Origin: Antedon mediterranea
Taxonomy: Eukaryota > Animalia > Echinodermata
DNA: 64,000 nucleotides
Direction: 5' to 3'
NCBI RefSeq assembly: GCF_964355755.1
Contig: NC_092678.1
Location: 16,721,881-16,785,880, forward strand
Positions 26,338-40,791 of this stretch are shown here, piece by piece. Numbering within the stretch: position 1 is the first letter of the stretch; each line of letters starts with the position of its first letter. The position numbers and the translations under genes are program-made. Under the pieces are notes generated by a model that worked only from the letters and a program-made list of their open reading frames with translations, searched no databases and was not told the origin of the DNA.

Positions 26338-28964
26338 TCATTTGTTTTCAATTTCATTGAGACTCTGAAGAAAGGAAACTTCAATATCAAGAAATGGCAA
26401 TCCAACGTTAGGAATATGTGTGATGAATCAGAAGACGCCACTGCTGCAACAGCTTTGGGAACAAAGTGGGACCTTGTGAACGACACTCTAAAGGTCAAAG
26501 AAGTAAAACTAATTCAAGGTCTAATCCCAACTAAACGTAGCATTCTGAAACAAACCGCTTCTTACTATGACGTATTCGGTATGCTTTCCGGTATCCTTGT
26601 CCGACCGAAAACACTGTTACAAAAACTGTGGCAACTAAACATTGATTGGGATACACCACTTAACCAGAGAAGTGAACTTTGTGCTATTCTCAGTGAAATC
26701 AATAAAGACCTTGAAAAAGCAAGTGACATAGAACTTCCAAGATGTCTTATTTCAGAGCCATTTAGAGGAAAAAGACCATTACCTAAAGTATCTCTGCATG
26801 GTGCAAGTGATGCTTCAGAAGATGCTATGGGTATCGGAGTTTGGCTAAGGTGGTCACATGAAGAATCAACTGAAGCTTATTTGTCGTTTGTGTGCGCCCG
26901 AGCCAGACTCACACCACTTAAACAATCAAGCATCCCCAGGAAAGAACTTCAAGCAATTCTGCTGCTTTTAAGGCTGATGCTCACTGTAAAGAATGCTTTG
27001 AGGTTTGACATAGTTTATTCAAAGATTTGGACAGACAGTATGACTGCCATCAGTTGGCTGAGAGGTCAATCTAAATTTTTCCGATCGTATGTTGCATACC
27101 GTGTAGGTGAGATCACTTCTGAATTTGACCCGATCAAAGATATTGCCTTTGTACCATCAGACCAGAACACTATAGATATTGTTTCAAGAGGAGAAAACAT
27201 TGACGATATGAAGCAAGTCATCGATGGACCAGGGTTCCTACCATCGCCACCAATCTCTTGGCCTAAAACTCCGACAAATGTTCAAGTAGCTCCTGAAGAT
27301 GGAGAACAAAAGAAATTCCATGTCCGTAATGCTAAGACACCCAAAATAAAGGCTATCCCTGAATTTGAAAGAACACTTGATCCCACCAAATTTTCTAGTT
27401 GGCCAAAACTTAAGATGGTCACAGCAAGAGTTGTGTCCTTAAAGCAGTTACCAAAGAACCAATGGTTAAAGAAGTTAACTTCACAAATTTCTGAGTGGCC
27501 TTCACCACATGCATTGAAGGAAGCTGAGTTGCTTTGGGTCCGACAGGGACAAGCTGAGATAAATTTCAATGATCACAACATCATGAAGCTAGTTCCAGTC
27601 TTCGATGAGAAAGAAGGAGTGTACCGTGTTGGTGGACGGATTAAGAATGCACCACTGTCGTATGACATAAGACACCCTTACCTACTACCGAAGGGAAGCA
27701 TATCAGTTTACTGATTGTTCGGGATAGACACAGACACTCTTTACATGGGGGCCACCTGAGAACCGCATCAGAGGTCAGAAAAAAGTGTTGGATTATTGGG
27801 GATACCAACATCTCAAAAACAGTTGTACAACAATGTACTATTTGTAGGAGACACAAAGGGAAGCCAATAGAGCAGAAGATGGCTGACCTACCAGACTTCC
27901 GAGTGAAACCATGCTCACCGCCATTTAGTTCCACACTCGTAGACTATCTGGGCCCAGTTAACGTAAAACTGAACAAAAATACCACCACAAAAGAATATTG
28001 TGCAGTTTTTACGTGTGCCGTAACTAGAGCTGTACACTTAATCTGTGTCCAAGATCTTACTACCCAAGCGTTCCTACAAGAAATGGAATGATTTGTAAGC
28101 ATCAGAGGAGCACCATCTTTGTTGGTGAGTGACAATGGTACATGTTTCAGAGGGGCTGACAATACAATAAGTGAGTTGAATTTGAGACTAGACCAGACGA
28201 AGATACGAGAACAATGCCAACGTTATAATGTGCAGTGGAAATTTGGACCACCAGGTGGACCTCATCACCAAGGAGCTGTTGAGCGCATGGTTCAAGAGGT
28301 GAAGAAAGGCAGGAGACATTTGGTGAAAGCTGACAGACTAACATTTGTTGAATGGGAGACGGTGTTCTGTCAGATATCTGGTCTTATCAAATAGTCGACC
28401 TCTGACGGCCAAGTCATCATCGCCTATGGATTATCCACCGTTGACTCCTAATCATTTCCTGATCGGAAGAGGTGATTTACAGTGTCCGGAAGTACCGTGT
28501 GAAGAATTCCATGGAAATTTGAGAAAACGGAGAAAAATTTGTAACTCTATGGTGAATGGTTTCTGGCACCGATGGATGGAGTGTATCCATAAGCTCTCAC
28601 CAAGACTTAAATGGCAGAAATCAATGGAGAATGTAATGGAAGGTGACATAGTGCTTGTCATTGGTGAGAACAAGAAACGTGGTAGTGGAAAATGGTAGAA
28701 GTCAGTAAAGTTTATCCAGGGAAAGATGACCTTGTTAGGATTGTTGACATAAGATTTGCAGATGGTATCTAAGAAACCGGTTAATAAGTTGATCATGCTA
28801 ATGAAGAGCACCGAACGTTCAGACATGTAGTGATATGTGGATCAGATGATGTTCCTTGACCACTGTGATTGATGATTTAAAGTGTAATTGACATTTATGA
28901 ACTTTTCATTGTTACATATAAAGTTGTAGACTTTGACCATCCGTCACTTTTTAGGGAACTGGGA
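26338..28964 (+). mobile_element. BEL/Pao LTR retrotransposon internal remnant (RT end, RNase H/Pao A17 region, integrase, DUF5641-like tail) nested in Gypsy
   Basis: KKWQSN, LGTKWD, TKRSIL..YDVFG, LHGASDAS, SIPRKEL, WTDS, DYLGP, FTCAVTRAVHL, SDNGT, PLTPNHFLIGR; PPT-like tttttagggaactggga just before the LTR. Confidence 0.92.
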
Positions 28965-29402
28965 TGTCATTACTTCATTTGTTTTCAATTTGTGAGTTGC
29001 GTGCCAGTGCGCGTACAATACGCAGGCTGAACGAAATCATATACAATTTGGTATCGTGTGAGAGATATTCATGCAGTGTAATCATCTTTATTTGTTATTT
29101 GAAACCCTTTGGATGAGTTTTAATTATTATTGTTTATTAATATGTTTAGCCAGGAGTCTGCAGGGGCAGTCTTTGAGTTGTGTACACCTTTAAATATTAT
29201 ATATTTTATTGTTGTTAAAGTTCATATATCTAGGCCTCGCTTGACGTTATCACTTCGTTTAAGTCGAGTCGGCGTACGAGTGTCTACGTCTTTCTATTAC
29301 TATAGAGGGGGTAGTCGTACTATTCTTTATTATCATATGTTTCGAAGTATTTGTTGACTACAGAACTATCTACTTAGTGTATTTTGTTTGTTCTTATAGA
29401 CA
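28965..29402 (+). repeat. 3' LTR of the BEL/Pao element (~438 bp)
   Basis: Follows the PPT, begins TGTC and ends GACA; Gypsy coding sequence resumes immediately after. Confidence 0.75.
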
Positions 29403-30907
29403 ACCCAACACAGTTGTTGAATAATAAATCTAATAAAGACAACACATTGCAACAACGTGTTCACCTCATTATTTCTCACCGATTCCACAACAATGTACAA
29501 AGACAAACCGAACAGAACACACTACATCGCCAACAGATAGTGACAAACAATCAATACGTACAACAATCAAAACAAAATCGAAACACCAATTTCCCTCCTC
29601 AGAAAGAGCCACGCATAGTTGATAGGCCTATACATCTCCCTACTCCTAATCCTTCAGTAATTGAACAGTTAGTTCTTTCTTCTACTACACCTCCAATTAT
29701 TGAACATCAGCATGATCACCCTAGCTTAGAGGATGTACAAGATTCACATCCATTGCTGGACAACGTTGAGATGATCATCTGTAGCCACATTCCAAATCAG
29801 GCACGATTAGATAAAATGATGAAACTGATTAAACGAAAGATCCTAAGAGACTTTAATCTTCCTTTTACTACACAACAATTTGCAATGGATCAACAGACTT
29901 CTTCATTATATAAACCTATATATGATTTATATCCAACAACATTCTACCCAGTGATAAAAAGACAGCTCGATCTATTACATTGCGTGCAGAACAGTATATC
30001 GTCTGTAATAATCTGATATTTCGTTTGTTTTTCCTACGTGATGATAGTTTTATATTACAGCTCGCAATTCCAGAATCGTACATCGATAAAATAATTTGTC
30101 TTTACCATGATTCTTTATTAGGATTTTTAGGTTATGCCCGCACATATTTAACGATGCGTAAACTTTTTTTTCTTTCCATCGATGTTCGAAAGGATTACTA
30201 TCTACATTCGTTCGTGTTCTAGATGCCAACAGATAAAGAATAAGCCTAAAACTCTTAGGTTGTATAACGATAGGATTCCTGGACAATTTGTTCCCTTTGA
30301 AACGCTTAGTATGGATTTTAAATCTATGCCCACTTCTCCATCAGGGTATAAGCATATAATGGTAGTATGTTGTTCTATGACTAGATATTTGATATGTGTA
30401 CCATTGCAAAGAATCGATGCCGAAACCATTTGTGAGGCACTCATTCAGAAAGTGTTTACTGTATTTGGTATTCCCACAACCCTAATTACCGATGCCGGTT
30501 CGTCATTAGTCGGAAAATTGATGACATGACTTTCTGAATCTTTAGGCATTGATCACAAAGTGATTAGCGTAGAAAATCATGGATCTCTACAGGTTAAACG
30601 TCATATTGGTTCACTTGCAAATCTCATAAAGGCCAATTTAGGTCAAATGGGAAATGATTGGGTTCGTTATGTTTCTGTAGCCCAATATGCATATAATTCC
30701 TTTAGCTCTCCTCAATTAGGTGGATATTCTCCATACTATTTACTATTCTTACGAGAACCAATGAATCTTTCAGGCGTGAAATGTCAACCAATGTCAGGTT
30801 TATGTAGTTCATACAGAGAATACATAGAACAACTCGAAGAACGCGTTAAGCATGTGTCGACTTCAATGGCTCAGTTGCAGAAGTATCAACAGCATGCTCT
30901 TGCTTAA
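29403..30907 (+). mobile_element. Gypsy pol remnant, 3' part (Q/P-rich linker, integrase)
   Basis: YHDSLLG..CSRCQ zinc finger remnant, LSMDFKSMP, FGIPTTLITDAG, YAYNS..YSPYYLLF; frameshifted; no LTR seen. Confidence 0.88.
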
Positions 30908-32453
30908 GATTAAAATAAATCATGCAAACGATAACAATAATATTAATTTATCATTACAAAATACATTCGAACTCCTAGGCTAATAATTAAGAGTAAAATA
31001 AATCATTGAAACCAAATAATTTTAATTTATCATACAAATTTAAGGCCCATATTGAATACCATGCTATCGACCTAAATATATTTCACGCCATGATCTTTAG
31101 GGTTTGTTAAATACATGCAGTCAAAGACGTGACCTATTATTTAAGTGTTTAGTTTGCATTCATTGGAATATCCTGTTGTTCCATAGAGAAATAACTTATT
31201 TCTTCTTCATGGTCGACCATAGAGATATTATAGTGATGTTTAATATCTCTATGGCTCGACATATCGCTACAGTTGGAAAATAAATAGTATACAACATAAT
31301 CACAATTATTATATCGTTAGGTCATTTATACAAATAAGATAGATAAGTGTGTATCGTCCCCATTCCTACCGATACAATAGATCCAACGTGATCTGTTTTT
31401 TTATGTTTTTGTAAAACAAAAATTAGGCACCGATTTGAAAGACACTGAAATATAAATCATAAATAATATCACATATACGGAATTATTTTACCTTAATTAC
31501 TAAAGTGAAAGGTAAAAATATTATAGAAGTTAACAACATTAATGATTTAAAGGCCAGGTGCGGCCAAAACATTTCTAATGATCATACATTCCAATAATTA
31601 TCAATCTATAGTTTGCACTATGTTTCATAAGGTTAGGGATTTTATTTGTGTTACGAGCTTGTTGAAAATAAGCCCTTTTTTATCAGGGTGTTTGGGGGGG
31701 GGGGGGAGATAGTTAAAATTACACAGTAAAATCTATATTCTTTTATTTTCAAATATACATGTGTATGAGGTATTTTTTAAAAAACTATGAAAATAAACGG
31801 TGTGTTATAAAAGGTTATCAGACTATGACTGAATATAGATAATATAACTTGAATTTTTGATCATTTTAAGGGAAATTCATCTGTTTTCGTCTTGATTCCT
31901 ATTACAAATATTTGATTTATGTACAATTAACCAGATATTATATTTAAAATTCATGCATGTACATGAGCTTTAAAAACCATAAGACTTTAGAGTACTGGTA
32001 GAAAGCGGATGTGACTTTTTTTCTAACACGCAAGTTTGTCATTATTCCGATTCGAATCCAAATACGTCACCTATCTCTGGTGATTATTTTGTTACATAAA
32101 AGCCCCACAGCCACTGAAGGTATTAGGGGGTTTATGAGTATGGCTAGTTCGAGTTTATAAAATTCCAATTTCTCTCAGCCGTAGAACTCCGTAGTACTAT
32201 TAGCTTCCGCGTGATACAGTTTTCAAATGCCTCCGCCCTCTTGAATAATACGAATTTACAAAACTGGACGGGAAGGTGTTCAGTGAATAATGTATGCATG
32301 AGCTTTAAAAAAGTGGGTGGAGCTTATCGTGAAATTCCGTCGTCTTAACTTTTTGAGGACGATAAACTTCTAATTAAACTTAAAAGTGGAATTTCTGAAA
32401 CTCTAAATAACATTTGAACTTATTATTAGTAATATATGTTTCGCGGCGTTTAA

Positions 32454-33931
32454 AGGGAAGGTCAAACCTGACTTCTTTTTCCCCTCAGGCTATTACTTAC
32501 AATAATATAATCTATTATAAACAATATTGACTATATTTAATAATCAGGTTTACAAGAAATTCGATGTTTATTACGACTACCTACACGAATTGAAAATCGC
32601 CATGTTGAGCGGGCTGTGACGTATGATACGTCCTTTGAAATCTACGCTTGGCTGATCACCGTATAAGTAAATACAGTTTTTTAAATAAATCGACCCATTT
32701 AAAATGTTATTGAACGTTTGTTAAAGGCGGTTTTTAAAATATTTTTTGATGGAAATAAACTAAACTAGCAATAAAATATGTAATACCAAAATAAAAAAAA
32801 CATTTTTTCAACCGGAGACGCAGTAATTTGGGTGGAAATCGAGACATATTTCGTCGGAATGAACGAATTTCGCTGATAGCTTAACAACCAATTACGCATG
32901 CGTTATGACCTGTCTGCATGTTTTGTAACTCTCTAGATCTCTGGCATGGTTGTGTAACTACTGCTGTGAGCGTGTGTGTTGGGTACATGAGTCTTAATTT
33001 TGGTGTGTGTACTCATGCTGTCGATTGTCGTTTTTTATCAACTTTTCTCGCCAAAAAGAAAGTATGGAATCCCTTTGCGACAGTTATGGTTACGGGTGTG
33101 ATCCTGAATATACAGAGAGCGAATTAGTTGCTCGTAACTTAAATAGAGACAGGTTAAACGAAATGAATAAACATTCGCGTGTAAACCAGTCGGTTGATAA
33201 TTAAATGGTGTACATGCGGCCTGTGTTAAGAATGTCCGTTGATGTTGAATGTTTTTGCTGTAAAGAATTAGAGACAGGAAAACATGTAATTGAAGGTAAC
33301 TGCGTATGACATAGCAAAGACTTCACATCAGTATGCTTGGACGAGTCGGTGCTGAAAACGGCGTACACTATGCTGATTCATGTTCGAGGTTACCGTGACA
33401 GACGAAACACTTTGGCGTTTGACAACAGGTACGTAAGGGAAACCGGTTTCGTTGCCGACGTATTTTTTCGCTAGATGTAAGATAACAATTAAAATAATAG
33501 TCTTATGTATACAGTACTGTCAAAAAGATTACTAAAGAGGTGTAGATTTTTTTTATTCGCGAACAACAATGAACAATAAAACAACCCGGAACCACGCGCT
33601 CTTCTCGCTCCTCGCTTGACTGCTCGCTGGGTCACCGATTTCAGCCAATCAATGTAAGGAATTAGATTAACCAATCATAGCATACCTATACAACCGCGAG
33701 GCTTAAATTCGAAAAAGGACGTATCTGACGTCATAAATAAGCTGTAAGAGCATAAGATGGCGATTTTCAATTCAGGAAAAGTCAGCATTAAAATCACGTT
33801 TTCTCAATAACTACAAATCGTACAAAATTGAATTATAATAATATAATTCAATTTCAGTATATTATACTGATAGTTTGTTCAATTAATGAAGGATTCATGG
33901 TTAAAAGATAAAATTAGGCTTGACCTTCCCT
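32454..33931 (+). mobile_element. Kolobok-type non-autonomous DNA transposon
   Basis: TTAA TSD; TIRs agggaaggtcaaacctga / ttaggcttgaccttccct; inverted subterminal blocks gaattgaaaatcgccat / atggcgattttcaattc; KolX-like remnant inside. Confidence 0.82.
33064..33428 (+). pseudogene. KolX / P2X7 cytoplasmic-ballast-like Cys-rich exon remnant
   Basis: MESLCDSYGYGCDPEYTESEL...WCTCGLC*..ECFCCKEL..DFTSVCLDESVLKTA..NR|gtacgt; contains stops and frameshifts. Confidence 0.7.
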
Positions 33932-35055
33932 TTAATGCGAGGCCCTAGCTAGGAAGGCAAGGCCTATGCTGTACCACCAGCAGATCAAGCAAAGTGATTC
34001 AGATAGAGGTGAGAGAGAGAGAGGTGGGAGAGAGATAATGCTGTTTTAGGCAGGTTATACACCTAAAAAAATACACCCGGGCCATACAGTAGCTAGTAAG
34101 TAGCCAACTCATGATAGGCCCTAATAATTGGCTGTTAATAGCTTGTAGGCATGGTTGTCTTTCTCCCCGGCCGGTCGTCATCGTCGTAACTATACATAAA
34201 ACGATTATTTCGACTGTATATGATTTTACGCTCTGTGAAACAGAATATTCGTCGTCCTTCCCTAACCAGTCCTGTTTAGTAAAGTCCTTATAATAACTGT
34301 CTAAAGGAGGCGCGGCGCAAAAAATAACGAGACGTATAACCTGTACAGTACTGTTTGTTTGTGGTTTTACACTGTCCTCTAGAGCAGATGGTAAGAATTA
34401 CATGTAAGGATTTCCGTATAAATAAACGTTCGAAAAGCACACGGATTATTAAGAAAATAAAAATAATTGGACAATGGTTTCTTTACTTATACTTTTATTT
34501 TATTAAGCGCTGAAAATATCAAAATGTCAGTGTTCTGTAAATTGAGATAACAAAAACAATAGTATGTACAATTTATAATCATGGCGATTGTGGACAATTA
34601 TGCTATTAAATTGTTGTTTTATAACACACCAATCTTGCTATTTCATTTGGTATCATGAGGCGTGATTATTACTTCCACAGAACGGTAACATTATAATCGA
34701 TGGTTCTAGCGAGATGACTCGATGGGCTGGTGAATAATGCGGCATCAAATCATTACTAAGCAGTGTGTACCAAAATACAACTTCAGCATTTTTGAATGGC
34801 CTAGAATTCGGCATTCGTTTGACGATAGAAGCGACTAGATTATTTTAATACGTTTGAGAAAAGTAGGTGTGTTATAAAACAAATAAATAGTTTGTATTTT
34901 TTTGAATGACGAGAATACCCTTTTTTGCCAAAAGTTTACTCTATTTAAGTCGCCTCCACCTAATATAATCTTTCCATATTTAATGAAAATATTCACTTCA
35001 TTCATTTCGTAAACATTCAATAAGTATCATAGTTGTAAATACAAGAATAAACAAT

Positions 35056-35120
35056 GAGAGTAACTTCACTCTCTGTAGAGAGTAACTTCACTCTCTGTAG
35101 AGAGTAACTTCACTCCCTGT
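35056..35120. repeat. 22-bp tandem repeat x3
   Basis: gagagtaacttcactctctgta repeated. Confidence 0.85.
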
Positions 35121-35926
35121 TAACATGATGTTTAAATTTTTTTTTTTAGATATTTTATTTAAATATTTTAATGTAAAATCTTCGATACATGTTCTTGCAA
35201 CATACGGTTATTTTAACTATTGTTTATATATATTTTGTTTCCCTTTTTTTACAATTTTTTTTTAATGTTTTTTTTAATTTTTTTTTTAAATTCGGAAAAC
35301 TAATTAGTTCAATGTCACCTACATTTAAAGAAATAATAATAACGTTTCATAATTATTATACTATCATTACACACTTAAAGGAAAAATAAAATAAATAAAT
35401 AAAAATAAACATTTTGATTTATCATACCGACGAATGATCTTCCTGATTAAAGATATTATTTATATAAACATTTAGGTGATCATTTAGAATAAACACCAAT
35501 TGTTATTGTATGAAATATTTACTATTATTCTTCTTTCTGTACACTTGTTGTGTAACAATTATCTCAAAAAGTTGAATGGCAATGATGACAAAAATTTCAC
35601 AATGTCTTTCAAATACTTTAACTTAGTCCTAATAAGCTTTTCAGCGTGATCACTCATCCATGACGTCATTTATACGCCATTTTGTGAAATCACATTATCA
35701 ATCATATCTCCATAATTCATTATCACATATTAATGAAATTCACTACACATAAACTTCAGGTCAGGGTAAAAATATTAGCAAATAAAAACGCACGCGCACG
35801 TAGGGTCATGCGCGTGAAATCGTGCGTTAAATAATGTAAAAAAATCAAAAGTACGTTTTTATCAATTTAGAGCATGAATTAGGCCATTTGCGTGTTTAAA
35901 AAAATTACTGCGCAAAAACACGTTTC

Positions 35927-37247
35927 TACGGTGGCCCACAACTGTCACGCACATTATAACACAGAATCACACAATTAAAGAAGGAATTACACAATTAAAG
36001 AAGGAATCACACAATTAAAGAAGAAATCGCACAATTATAGAAGAAATCGCATATAAACAAAAGAAAGCATGAAAATATAAAACGAAATGCACAAATAAAG
36101 AAGAAACGCGCAATTAAAGAAGAGCTAAGCACAATTAAAGAAGTCTGCAACAAATTCGAAAGCTCCTCGCACAATTAAAGAAGTCCGCAACAAATTCGAA
36201 AGCTCCTCGCACAATTAAAGAATTCCGCAACAAATTCGAAAAAAGGGCCGAATCAAAAAGAGCCGAACGTAATGTTAAATGGGCCGAATAAAAAAGAGCC
36301 GAATGCTGAAAGAGCCGAATGTAATGGTAAATGGGCCGAATAAAAAGAGCCGAATGCTGAAAGAGCCGAACGTAATGGTAAATGGACCAAATAGAAATGC
36401 GCCGAATGCTGAAAGAGCCGAACGTAATGGTAAAAAGGCCGAATAGAAATGCGCCGAATGGTAAAAGAGCCGAACGTAATGGTAAAAGAGCCGAATAGAA
36501 TTAGAGTTTGCTGCCGGAGGCAGCGATGGCGTTCCATACGGACTACGGTACTTTAATTGTGCGAGGTACTTTCGAATTTGTTGCGGACTTCTTTAATTGT
36601 GTGAGGAGCTTTCGAATTTGTTGCGCGAACTTCTTTAATTGTGCGAGGTACTTTCGAATTTGTTGCGGACTTCTTTAATTGTGCGAGGAGCTTTTGATTG
36701 TGTTGCGAACTTCTTTAATTGTGGGAGGAGCTTTCGAATTTGTTGCGGACTTCTTTAATTGTGCGAGGAGCTTTCGAATTTGCTGCGGACTTCTTTAATT
36801 GTGCTTAGCTCTTCTTTAATTGCGCGTTTCTTCTTTATTTGTGCATTTCGTTTTATATTTTCATGCTTTCTTTTGTTTATATGCGATTCCTTCTTTAATT
36901 GTGTGATTTCTTCTTTAATTGTGTGATTTCTTCTTTAATTGTGTGATTTCTTCTTTAATTGTGTGAATATTATTATTATTATTATTATTTATTGCCAAAA
37001 ACCAGTTACAAACAAACAAAACACAGAAACTAAGGGAGTAGGCAGGAACCTAAAAGTGAACCTAATCACTATAACAAGAGTTCAGGTTCCGTACTCCCAA
37101 AGTAACAACAATGATATAAAATAAACTATATAAAAATATTTAAAAAACAAATAGACGAATCAACAGTGTCAATATAAAATAAACGGAAAAAATACATAAA
37201 ACAGAATTTGATTTATATAGTGTGCGTGACAGTTGTGGGCCACCGTA
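35927..37247. mobile_element. IS3EU-like non-autonomous fold-back element
   Basis: TIRs tacggtggcccacaactgtcacgcaca / tgtgcgtgacagttgtgggccaccgta, 6-bp TSD cgtttc; inverted 19-bp and 40-bp arrays (cacaattaaagaag) around a gccgaa-repeat core. Confidence 0.8.
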
Positions 37248-38767
37248 CGTTTCTATGTACGCACGCGCAAAAACGTGTTTTTGCGCGTGCGTAAATAGAA
37301 AGCGTAACAAATAACAATTTTTTGTACAAATTGCATTCTACTCATCTTCCTTAGTACATTCACCAAATTTGAGTTTATTTCGACTTAAAATAGTGCTATA
37401 CGAGCACGTTAAAAATGAAAAAATGCGCACATTAATTGTACAAAAGTGCTAGAAAAAAAAAATAAGGCCTTAAGACCCACATTTTCTAAAAACTTATTAT
37501 GGAAGCCAATGAGTTTTAGATATAAATGTTGGCCTATATACACATTATACGTACAAAATGGTATGACGTCATCATTTGGCCACATGAATTTTTAAAATAG
37601 GGGTTTTTTCCCCTTTTATCATAGACCACCATATTCAACAGAGCGCAACTCGCTTATCTGTGATCGATTTTCTTTTAATTTTTAATATATTCTACTTCAA
37701 CCAATTATGTTACTCATGAGTTGCCAATATTTTCATTTTGATGACGTCATCACCTCTTAAAATTTGAATAACGGTGGTTACGTAATTTCACCTACAACGT
37801 ATATTTGAATATCTTACACCTCTTCTGAATTAAAGTTGACCTTCATGTTTATAACTTATTATGAGAGCTGGTGAAATGTAGATATGAATTGAAGTTAAAA
37901 AGTAGTTTTTTCATCTCTTTCGTCAAAGTTTTACAAATTTTAAAGAGCGCGCACCGCGCTTCTACGTGCCAAATTTTCTTCCAATTGTTGTATTTTATTG
38001 CTCAATTCATTATCTTTCGATATTGTTATCCACAAGTTTATTTTTATGTCATCCGTGCCAAAAAATTAGAACATGATGTGTGTCTGTAATTTCAACAATG
38101 CTACACTGTATATAGATATACAGTATATACTGTACATAATGTATATGGCATGTAATAGGCAAAATTCATCACTATAAGCGTATAATAGGATGGCATACAT
38201 CAACATTTTCCGATTGTATGTTAACATACGTGCATGTTTAAAAATATTAATGTCAATAAAATTATAAAAATGATCACCTATATTCAATATGTCACCTAAA
38301 TAACTTCGTTAAAAATATGCCTGATAGGTAAAGTAACGCTAAATACCGACCAACATTGTTTTTAATCGGATCTTCCTACAATAGGCTTACGATATTGATT
38401 TTTCATAATTATAATATAAACAAATATCTTAAAAAATCTTTATTGTAACCAGATTATTATTGTTAAACCTAATTAATATTTGATTGTAGGCATATTTCAT
38501 AGGAGACCATTCTCAAGTAATTTCAATTTACATCTAAACTTATACTGTTATTGTAATAATATAATAATGAGAATATATTTCCTTTACTTAAATGTTGTTT
38601 TTTTTATGACAAAAAATGATTAAAACGATTATAATTTCTTTATAATACATCTCGTCAATGTATTAGATTTAACAACTATTCGAGAGCAATCTGAATCTTC
38701 TTAGCATGTGGCAATAGATACGTAATGTAGCCTAGTGTCGTTTGCCTACTTTGGTATTAAAGTGGTT

Positions 38768-40791
38768 TCAAAGTTTGGTATTTGCAATCCTACGTCGCGG
38801 ATTTGACATGGCAGTGCTGCTTCCAGTGGCTTCGGTCCGTAGACAGCAGAAACAACTCGCCCACGCATCTCGGACATCCTTACGACGAATACAGAGAAAT
38901 ACGAAGATAACAAATCCTTGTAGGGAATTGAATACGCAGAACAACAATTGGAACGAAAAACGAACTGCGTCAGAAGAATGAATGGAGAAATATCCGAAGA
39001 TCCACGTTAAGCCAAGCAGCATCATTATCGATATGGCTTGACGTAGGCGTGTTGTCAGCTCGTCCATTTTACTTTTATCCTTCAGTTTTGACGACGTTAC
39101 TGTTCGTTGGCAAGTCAGTCCTCGAATGATTAATACGAACATGACCATGTTGATGAAGAGGACGATAGATGAGATGAGTAACAAACCGAAGTATAACGGG
39201 TTTCCAGGTTTCATAAAACAACTGAGTGGGCAAATGAAGGTTAAATTTTCTGTTATTGATTGTATACATGAAGTATAAACGTTTTAGTAAAACTTAAGCG
39301 TAAACGTATAAAGTCAATTTTATAATGGGTAATCTTATTGCAGAATATTAGTAAATAATGCATGCGTTTAAATACCGTACTAGTATCAATATTAGCACTA
39401 CAAGTTGCATTAGTATTAAATAGTATGGAGCTATTGCAGATTCAACAGCATGTGTTGTAAATTGTAAGTACTGTAAATCAAATAGTTTTGGTCTTTCACT
39501 GAATAGATGTCTAGTTTAATCATACAGTTTAATCATTATTTAGCCAATATCGTGGATAGACAGAGTGCTGAATACTCGGGTCACAACAGTCCCGAATTAA
39601 CAATAGTAAGGCCAGGGCAAGAAGAAGTCTCAGCCTTTCATGGTTAGGATTAGCCTACTGTTACGGCAATTGTCTATGGGCCTAAAACGACTGCGATCTA
39701 CCGGTTGGCCTATCTCAAACGTTGTTTTGCAGTTTTTGGAATAGCTCAATAAATAGAAACTTACTAATCGCCATTCGAATATGTTTCATCACACTTCACA
39801 GCAGCAATGAGTGTAACTGGTATGATAGGAAGAACTGTTCAAAAAGAAATAAGCAACACTTTGTTATTTATCCTGATGTATTTTAAGATGTACATTTGTG
39901 TATTGTTTTTATTTTTGTTAATAATATATTTATGCAAATACCGAAGGATAGTTTACTGAAGAGTCTATAAGGTCTGGAACGAAGCGATATAGGAACTACT
40001 CCGGTACGGGGTTGAGGGATGCGTACTGACACGGTGCTATGCTTTAGTAATAATAGTACGGCAGCTTAAATGTATCTACTTACCCCAGCCAATTAAAGCA
40101 GACTTTAACAGGAAAAAACGTATTCCATCGTAAAACACTAAAACGAATTGCAGATACATATTAACGGCTTCGACAAGCATCCAGAAAAGTGTTGTGAGAA
40201 CAAAGTAATGTAGAAGAATGGCTACCACGATGCAGCAATTGGGACACGATGTTAAGCCAATACCGACCACAAATGTAGTGTATAGTAACAACAAAGAAAA
40301 ACACAGATTGACCAGTATACGTTGGGGACGTTTTCCACGTAATTTTCTAAATAAATTTTTAAAGAATAACAAAACCACGTTGTTATAAATTTAATTTTAA
40401 GTGTTTGTTTAAGATAAAGTATAAACATGTTTTATAGACCTACTAAAATTGCTGTTAATAATATAATACAATATTATTGTGGAACTGAAATAGACACATT
40501 CCTGACAACCTAATGTACAATGCACATTTACATCATCGTGATGCTGTATATTGGCTCAGAGTACATTTACAGACACTTGATTAGAAAATGGTGAAAGAGA
40601 AAATAATGAAATCATAATACAGCCCCTAATGTATGTAAATTTAGTTTCTTGTTTTTTACATCTTACCTGAAATATGTAAATGTAACAATCATAAATACCA
40701 AGCAAATGATAGAAATGACACAACCAATGATGCTTATGTATGTAAGTACATCCTCGAATGTAGTGGTTTGGCCGGCTTGTCCAGAGTAATC
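38768..40791 (-). CDS. Adhesion GPCR 7TM exons (40791-40667, 40346-40084, 39834-39765, 39221-38768)
   Basis: LTYISIIGCVISIICL, ILVNLCFSLLLL, HYFVLTTLFWMLVEAVNMY, IGW, LLGLTWIFG, FNSLQGFVIF; GT-AG junctions with phases 0-2-1-2. Confidence 0.93.
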
